DNA of 59,275 bases from an uncultured Candidatus Saccharibacteria bacterium (GTDB taxonomy: Bacteria; Patescibacteriota; Saccharimonadia; CAILAD01; GCA-016700035), in contig CAZYFT010000004.1 of assembly GCA_964646575.1 (NCBI GenBank), positions 1 through 59,275 on the forward strand, read 5' to 3'. A program made the position numbers and the translations under genes. The notes below the pieces were generated by a model. It searched no databases. It saw nothing but the letters and a program-made list of their open reading frames with translations, and was not told the DNA's origin. Shown one piece after another: positions 53,954-59,275 of the stretch (positions are counted from its first letter, which is position 1; each line of letters starts with the position of its first letter).

Positions 53954-54493
53954 ATGAAAAACACGCCTCCAGGATCACATTGGTACGTTATTCATACCTA
54001 TTCAGGGTATGAAGATCAGGTTGCGCAAAATCTTAAGCACCGCATTGATACACTCGGCCTGAAGGATAAAGTGTTTGACGTGATTGTGCCAAAAGAAAAC
54101 CAGATTGAAATTAAGAATGGTAAGCGTCGCATTGTTGAACGCAAAATTTTTCCTGGTTACATTTTGGTTAATATGGTCGTTACCGAAGATTCTTGGTACA
54201 TCGTGCGCAATACCCCTAACGTAACTGGTTTTGTTGGTACTGGCACTACGCCAAGCCCAATGAGTGAAGATGAAATTAAGGTAATTCAGAAGCGCATGGG
54301 TGTAGAAGAGCCAAAATTCAACATCGACTACACTGTCGGAGAGCTCGTGAACATTACCGACGGCCCATTTAAGGGTTTTGATGGGCAAATTGCCGAAATC
54401 GACGAATCAAAAGGAAAAATTAAGGTATTGGTCTCAATGTTTGGTCGTGAAACGCCAGTTGAGCTCGATAGCTTGCAAGTAAAACGCGTATAA
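53954..54493 (+). CDS. nusG: Transcription termination/antitermination factor NusG
   Basis: NGN domain (WYVIHTYSGYEDQV, FPGYILV) and KOW motif (GELVNITDGPFKGFDGQIAEID). Confidence 0.95.
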   Translation: MKNTPPGSHWYVIHTYSGYEDQVAQNLKHRIDTLGLKDKVFDVIVPKENQIEIKNGKRRIVERKIFPGYILVNMVVTEDSWYIVRNTPNVTGFVGTGTTPSPMSEDEIKVIQKRMGVEEPKFNIDYTVGELVNITDGPFKGFDGQIAEIDESKGKIKVLVSMFGRETPVELDSLQVKRV

Positions 54494-54498
54494 GTAAC

Positions 54499-54532
54499 CT
54501 GTGGGAGACTCTTGGTAGTCGTTCGCACCACG
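54499..54532 (+). promoter_or_regulatory. Candidate L1-binding (23S L1-stalk mimic) mRNA structure in the rplK leader
   Basis: GTGG-GAG-[GACT cttggt AGTC]-gttcGCA-CCAC immediately upstream of the AAAGGAG SD. It has the same architecture as the element at 54988-55026. Confidence 0.4.
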
Positions 54533-54547
54533 TAAAGGAGTAAGATA

Positions 54548-54982
54548 ATGGCAGAAAAGAAGAAAATCAGCGCAAGCCTCAAGATGGTTATCCCAGCGGG
54601 CGGTGCATCACCAGCCCCTCCAGTTGGCTCATCGTTGGGTCAGCACGGTGTAAACATGATGGATTTCATTAATGCGTTTAATGAAAAGACTAAGGATATG
54701 AAGGGCGCTCAGTGTCCAACTAAGATCTACATATACGAAGATAAAACTTTCGATTTTGTAGTAAAAGGTACTCCAGCAAAGGTGCTAATTAAGCAGGCAC
54801 TTGGCTTACAAAAAGCCAGTGGCGTTCCAAATAAGGAAAAAGTTGGCAAGCTTACTCAGGCTCAACTCACCGAAATTGCTGAGAAGAAAATGGGCGATCT
54901 AAACGCAAACGATATTGAAGCTGCGAAAAAAGTTATTGCTGGAACCGCTCGCTCGATGGGCGTTGAGGTAGAAGCAGAATAA
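54548..54982 (+). CDS. rplK: 50S ribosomal protein L11
   Basis: PAGGASPAPPVGSSLGQHGVNMMDFINAFN is the canonical L11 N-domain. Confidence 0.96.
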   Translation: MAEKKKISASLKMVIPAGGASPAPPVGSSLGQHGVNMMDFINAFNEKTKDMKGAQCPTKIYIYEDKTFDFVVKGTPAKVLIKQALGLQKASGVPNKEKVGKLTQAQLTEIAEKKMGDLNANDIEAAKKVIAGTARSMGVEVEAE

Positions 54983-54987
54983 TCTAA

Positions 54988-55026
54988 CCGTGGGAGGCCG
55001 AAAAATTATCGGCCGCTGGCACCACA
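54988..55026 (+). promoter_or_regulatory. Second candidate L1-binding mRNA structure, in the rplK-rplA spacer
   Basis: GTGG-GAG-[GGCCGA aaaatta TCGGCC]-gctgGCA-CCAC followed by the AAGGAG SD of rplA. Confidence 0.4.
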
Positions 55027-55038
55027 AGGAGAAACATT

Positions 55039-55989
55039 ATGGCAAAGAAAACTGAAGAAACCCCAGAAATTACCCCCGAAGAACAGGCGATTGTTGAGGA
55101 AGTAATTGAAGAAATTGTAGAAGATGAAGTAGTAGCTGAAGATGCTACAGAGAAGAAGGCTACTGCTAAGGCTGGTAAGCGCAGCGCGAAAGCCGTGAAA
55201 GAAGCCGAAGAAGAGGCCGAAAAAGAAGCTCGTAAAGCCGAGGCAGCCGAGAAGGAAGACGCTCCAAAGCCAAAGCAGAAGCCACGCGTAAAGAAATACT
55301 CGAAAAATCAGAAGGCTATGCGCGAAGCGATTGATTTTAACAAGCTTTATTCTTCAGAAGAAGCAGTAGCGCTTGTAAAAGAAATCAGTCAGGCTAAGTT
55401 TGACCCAACTCTAGAAGTGCATGTACGCTTAGATATTGATCCGCGTCAGGCTGATCAGATGTTGCGCGCTTCGACTGTGTTACCAGCTGGAACCGGTAAG
55501 GCTGTTCGCGTTGCTGTACTTACGAGCGACGAGAAGAAAGCTGCCGCTGCCAAGGAAGCCGGTGCTGAAATGACAAATTCTGAAGATTTGCTCGCAGCTA
55601 TCGGTAAGGGTACGTTTGAGTTTGACGTACTGGTTGCAACTCCAGACATGATGCCGCAACTCGGTCGCCATGCTAAGGCGCTCGGTCCAAAAGGCCTCAT
55701 GCCATCTCCAAAGAGCGGTACTGTTTCGGCCGATCCAGCTAATGCTGTTGGTGAAATTAAAAAAGGCCGTTTGGAAATTAAAAACGACGCGAATGGGATT
55801 GTTCATGCTGCAGTTGGTAAGCTGTCTTTCAAAGACGAAGATCTTTTGGTCAACCTAAAGGCCGTACTAAATTGCGTGCAGGCCAATCGTCCAAGTGGCG
55901 TGAAGGGCACATACGTAAAAAGTATTTCCGTATCTGCCACTATGACTCCTGGTATTAAGCTCGATACTGCAGAGCTTGCAAAGAAGTAA
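55039..55989 (+). CDS. rplA: 50S ribosomal protein L1 with an ~83-aa Glu/Lys/Ala-rich N-terminal extension
   Basis: The canonical L1 core starts near KKYSKNQKAMREAIDF...VHVRLDIDPRQADQMLRASTVLPAGTGK. AAGGAG lies 7 nt before ATG 55039, supporting the long form (316 aa). Confidence 0.92.
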   Translation: MAKKTEETPEITPEEQAIVEEVIEEIVEDEVVAEDATEKKATAKAGKRSAKAVKEAEEEAEKEARKAEAAEKEDAPKPKQKPRVKKYSKNQKAMREAIDFNKLYSSEEAVALVKEISQAKFDPTLEVHVRLDIDPRQADQMLRASTVLPAGTGKAVRVAVLTSDEKKAAAAKEAGAEMTNSEDLLAAIGKGTFEFDVLVATPDMMPQLGRHAKALGPKGLMPSPKSGTVSADPANAVGEIKKGRLEIKNDANGIVHAAVGKLSFKDEDLLVNLKAVLNCVQANRPSGVKGTYVKSISVSATMTPGIKLDTAELAKK

Positions 55990-56012
55990 AATCTTTAGCA
56001 GTTAATTTTTAG

Positions 56013-56046
56013 AAAAACACTCGCGTCTACCTGCGAGTGTTTTTCT
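56013..56046 (+). terminator. Intrinsic terminator after rplA
   Basis: AAAAACACTCGC (56013-56024), loop GTCTACCT, GCGAGTGTTTTT (56033-56044). Confidence 0.8.
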
Positions 56047-56116
56047 TATGCTTGGTGGAGTACTTGCTAAACAGATACACTAGAAAGGTATTTGTACCTC
56101 AAAGTCAGGAGACAAG

Positions 56117-56941
56117 ATGGCTGCCGAGAAGCCATTGAAGATGCACGACATTCGTGAGTTGTGGCAAAAGCTTCAGCGATTTGTACCAAGCGAAGTTTTC
56201 TCCAACTGGAGTACTCGTAACTGGTGGTGGAACGTGCTGCATGAACTGTTGCGACGTCCTCGGGGTGTACTCTCTGATGAGGAGATTCGTGTTGCTCAGG
56301 AGCGTGGTGATGTTGTCATCGAGCCGTTTATTGAGAGTCAGCTCAACACGGCCAGCTATGACATCCGTCTCGGCGAGTGGTATTACCTGTGTGAGGCGAT
56401 GCCGTTTGAGAGTGACTTCAATCCATGGGACCCAGAAGATGTTGAGCGCTACTACAAGGGGCCTTTGCGGGCGATGACGAATCGAGAATGGTGCGATAGG
56501 TATCGCCAGGGGCGCCTTTGGCGCGAGATCCCTGCAGATGCTTTGATCATCGTGCTTCGGCCAGGTGAGTGTATCTTGGGCCACACCCAGGAATTCATCG
56601 GCTCGCGCCGCGATGTGGTCACCATGATGCACGCCCGCTCTTCGATTGGTCGTGTAAACATCTCAACCTGCGATGATGCAGGCTGGGGCGACATCGGCTA
56701 CATCAATCGCTGGACGATGGAAATTCGCAATAAGAATAATGCAGTTGTTCCACTGGTGGTTGGTGAACGTATGGGTCAGATCATCTTTTTTGCAGCCGGT
56801 CCAACCGATCGAAGTTATGGCAACGAAGGGCATTACCAGTCGTCTCGCAACCTGGATGAGCTCCGTCAGAACTGGAAGCCGGCAGACATGTTGCCGCGCT
56901 TGCAGCTCGATACGGATGGGCTAGGAGTGAACCATGGATGA
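56117..56941 (+). CDS. dCTP deaminase / dUTPase-superfamily protein with N- and C-terminal extensions
   Basis: VVIEPFIESQLNTASYDIRLG, SSIGRVNISTCDDAGWGDIGYINRWTMEIRN (Glu of the LE(F/I) motif conserved) and GERMGQIIFF. 274 aa versus the ~190 typical of Dcd. CAGGAG SD. Confidence 0.72.
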   Translation: MAAEKPLKMHDIRELWQKLQRFVPSEVFSNWSTRNWWWNVLHELLRRPRGVLSDEEIRVAQERGDVVIEPFIESQLNTASYDIRLGEWYYLCEAMPFESDFNPWDPEDVERYYKGPLRAMTNREWCDRYRQGRLWREIPADALIIVLRPGECILGHTQEFIGSRRDVVTMMHARSSIGRVNISTCDDAGWGDIGYINRWTMEIRNKNNAVVPLVVGERMGQIIFFAAGPTDRSYGNEGHYQSSRNLDELRQNWKPADMLPRLQLDTDGLGVNHG

Positions 56942-57605
56942 CATTTTCTATGATAGTAAATTCTGGCATGGGCCACCGCGGTTTATCGCCGTCGAGGGTC
57001 CAGATGGTGCTGGCAAGTCTACGTTGGTGACAGGCCTGGTGACCTGGATGCGCGAGGAGCTTGGGCTTGAGGTTGAGCAACTTTTGGAGCCTGGTAGTGG
57101 TCGATTGGCTAGCGAGCTTCGGGCAATTCTCTTGATGGGCGAGATGGACATCAGTACATACGAAGAGATCATGCTCATGACCGCCGCGAGAGTGGATACT
57201 CGTCTTCGCCATGTTCAGCCGGCGCTTACAACTGGTAAGTGGGTGATCTGCGATCGAGCCGAACTTTCCACCATCGTATACCAAGGGTTTGCTCGTGATG
57301 AAGGGGCGATGCTGTTTGCAAAGCAGCAACAGGATATGATTCGAGCCCAGGTAAGACGGGCTGATTTATATCTAGTGCTACAGCTCGCATATGATAAAGC
57401 GCAGCTGCGCCTATTGGGGACTGGCAAGCTACCGGATCGCTTTGAGAGTGCTGATGTGCGCTTTCGGCAGCGAGTCAGTTTGGGTTTTGAGCTAATCGAC
57501 AATCTTGTTCCTGGAGAATACCGGATGGCTCACATTGATGCCAGTGTAACCCCCGAGGAGCTGGTCCAGCTTGCCATCCTGGCTATTCAGGCTGAGTGCT
57601 CCTAA
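56934..57605 (+). CDS. tmk: Thymidylate (dTMP) kinase family protein
   Basis: P-loop FIAVEGPDGAGKST, LEPGSGRLASELRAILL and ICDRAELSTIVYQG. It overlaps the dcd-like stop by 8 nt (ATGGATGA). Confidence 0.85.
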   Translation: MDDIFYDSKFWHGPPRFIAVEGPDGAGKSTLVTGLVTWMREELGLEVEQLLEPGSGRLASELRAILLMGEMDISTYEEIMLMTAARVDTRLRHVQPALTTGKWVICDRAELSTIVYQGFARDEGAMLFAKQQQDMIRAQVRRADLYLVLQLAYDKAQLRLLGTGKLPDRFESADVRFRQRVSLGFELIDNLVPGEYRMAHIDASVTPEELVQLAILAIQAECS

Positions 57606-57612
57606 TTCATTC

Positions 57613-57639
57613 ATCCCAGTTGAAAGGCTGGGATTTTTA
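57613..57639 (+). terminator. Intrinsic terminator after tmk
   Basis: ATCCCAG / CTGGGAT stem with loop TTGAAAGG, followed by TTTTT. Confidence 0.7.
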
Positions 57640-57653
57640 TTGTGCCAAATCTA

Positions 57654-57662
57654 TGCTATAAT
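57654..57662 (+). promoter_or_regulatory. Extended -10 promoter (TGcTATAAT) of the ThyX-like gene
   Basis: TG at 57654-57655, TATAAT at 57657-57662, AAGGAG SD at 57686-57691, ATG at 57701. Confidence 0.5.
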
Positions 57663-57700
57663 GCCGTGGATCTTGCACCTAAAAGAAGGAGAAGAGCTAC

Positions 57701-58858
57701 ATGGGCTACGGATGCCGTACATTGGCAGATTCGCTTTGTCATAATCGGGCTGGTGAGTTTCGCCTCACCACCTTCGAGATAACGTTGCCGAGGATGGTCT
57801 TGGCTGAGTTCAACACCCACACCATTCTTTCGCGCAACAGCGCCAGCTCGCGCGCGATTCCGGTGAAGAAGCAACTGCGTCGTGTGCTTGATGACCCGTA
57901 TGTCCCTTTTTATTGGGGGAAGAATGTGCCGGGCATGCAGGCACCGGAGCCGATTCCCGAGGATCGCATTCCTGAGGCTTCGCGAATCTGGCTGCTAGGT
58001 CGGAATCGAGCTATCATTACCACCCTCGCTGAACTGCTGGGTGAAGTCAAGCTCGATTGGGCCTGTCGGGAGACTATCGACTGCGATCAGCATGACATCA
58101 CGCGGTTGTCGGATGAAGTGCAGGAGCAAGCCCTCCGCCAATTGGTAGATCTGGCAAGCGAACTCCTTGACGATGAGTCTGAGGCTGATCTTATTCTCAA
58201 TGTTCACAAGCAGCTTGCCAATCGGCTGCTCGAGCCCTTCATGTGGCACACCATTATCACGACCGCAACTGAATGGCGGAATTTCTTTGCGCTGCGTTCA
58301 CACAATGATGCTCAGCCTGAGATCCGTGTCATCGCTGAGATGATGCGAGATGTCTATGGCATGGAGCTCCCAGGTGACGCTTATAATGATAAGATGCGCT
58401 ACCAGCCATATCGTGAATGGTCCGAAGCTGGTTATACGGCCTCAGAGCCAGTTGAGCTGGCGGCCGATGAGTGGCATACGCCGCTTCTGACTCGTGATCA
58501 GATGAATAGATATGGCATCGATTGGGATGTGGCGCGCGATGTCTCGGTTGGACGCTGTGCTCGAGTAAGTTATCTGACTCACGATGGGCGAGAAGATTGG
58601 GAAGAGGATGTTTTTCTGGCTCGTGAACGCTTGCAGCCCAGCGGGCATATGTCACCATTCCAGCATGTTGGCCGACCGATGCGTGATGATGAACTCAAGC
58701 CGGTTGTCTATTTCTACGAAGAGGCTGGTGATATGCAGATCGGTTGGGACGGCGAATATAGCGCTTGGTCTGGCAATTTTCAGGGTTTCATGCAGTACCG
58801 CAAGATGTTGCCGCATGAGTTCGATTTCTCAGAAGTTCTGGTACAGAATCACACATAA
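57701..58858 (+). CDS. Divergent ThyX (flavin-dependent thymidylate synthase)-fold protein, 385 aa, with RHR motif replaced by THT
   Basis: [22 protein letters not shown] aligns with ThyX [36 protein letters not shown] aligns with NFLNLRADSHAQWEI. ARVSY...GHMSPFQHV, normally N-terminal in ThyX, lies near the C-terminus. Confidence 0.72.
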   Translation: [385 protein letters not shown]

Positions 58859-58866
58859 GCACTCGG

Positions 58867-58896
58867 CCCCACCTTACTAGGTGGGGTATTTTTTTA
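58867..58896 (+). terminator. Intrinsic terminator after the ThyX-like gene
   Basis: CCCCACCT (58867-58874), loop TACT, AGGTGGGG (58879-58886), then TATTTTTTTAT. Confidence 0.8.
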
Positions 58897-59275
58897 TTGA
58901 TGATGCTAAATTTATGAATAATTACCTTTATTCCCCCTCATACCCCTTGTGCTAGAACTATCACCAAGCCTATAATAGACCCTATAGTTTTTGATGAGGG
59001 TAGTAATGAACACTGCAGTAGGTAGTGAGTAGTACTTGGTTGTAAGGTATGAATAAAGTCAGAAACACAGACCCCACCAAGTCAACCAATTCAAATCTGA
59101 GGCGCATCCATGACATCCGTCATCCCCAGTCCTCAGACCAACCAACTAACCGACCCCGCCGTGTCGGTCGTCTGTTATCATGGCGACTCCCAAACCGTCG
59201 AGTCCTCCGAGCTCGTCTAGTTACCATTACAAACAAATGGACCATCACTACAGCCCGTCTGCGCCAGTTGGCACT

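Noticed and set aside
56105-57329. Minus-strand ORFs of 175 and 182 aa opposite the dcd-like and tmk genes.
   Set aside because: They are nested antisense ORFs in a ~57% G+C region. The plus-strand genes carry family motifs and translational coupling.
58897-59275. tmRNA, RNase P RNA or an rplJ (L10) leader at the window end.
   Set aside because: The minus-strand string GGACTCGACGG superficially recalls the tmRNA 5' end. However, no tRNA-like T-arm/acceptor 3' end, no RNase P conserved regions and no downstream L10-like ORF could be found.
1-59275. CRISPR arrays, IS elements or transposases, integrases, rRNA genes and toxin-antitoxin pairs.
   Set aside because: No regularly spaced direct repeats were seen. 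No DDE, tyrosine or serine recombinase motifs were seen. No rRNA-like segments were seen. The only tRNA (Leu-CAA) has no adjacent integrase or repeat suggesting an integration site.

Overview
This is a 59.3-kb window from a compact bacterial genome coded mostly on the plus strand. Hand counts of single 60-nt lines give roughly 45-50% G+C. The gene content is consistent with a reduced-genome Candidate Phyla Radiation organism such as Candidatus Saccharibacteria, but this is inference, not proof. That content includes class I LysRS, monoderm-type envelope genes (PBP2, MurA, MreB), FtsEX with two PcsB-like CHAP hydrolases, a sortase plus an LPXTG protein, and TagA/O-antigen-ligase glycopolymer genes. 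Intergenic spacers are very short and there are many lineage-specific hypothetical membrane proteins. The housekeeping backbone is mrdA-greA-lysK-serS-hpf-secA, prfB, murA, ftsEX, ctpA-like, pyrG, rpmA, xseAB, tRNA-Leu(CAA), mreB and secE-nusG-rplK-rplA. Three things stand out. (1) A ~3.8-kb island (12.18-15.95 kb) of ~68-72% G+C carries three domain-less envelope or disordered proteins. Each has its own GC-rich terminator; the second gene and the flanking native gene have ~25% G+C native-type promoter modules. The island sits directly upstream of an LPXTG surface protein. (2) A complete actinobacterial-style (C50-type) carotenoid cluster lies at 46.1-52.2 kb: crtEb (fused to a GT2), crtYf and crtYe on one strand, crtI-crtE-crtB divergent. 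(3) A ~57% G+C dcd-like/tmk/ThyX-like block sits where rplJL is expected after rplA. Its ThyX-like protein has THT instead of the RHR motif and an apparently circularly permuted motif order. I recognised no CRISPR array, rRNA, transposase or integrase. All coordinates of motifs and hairpins were indexed by hand from the printed sequence.
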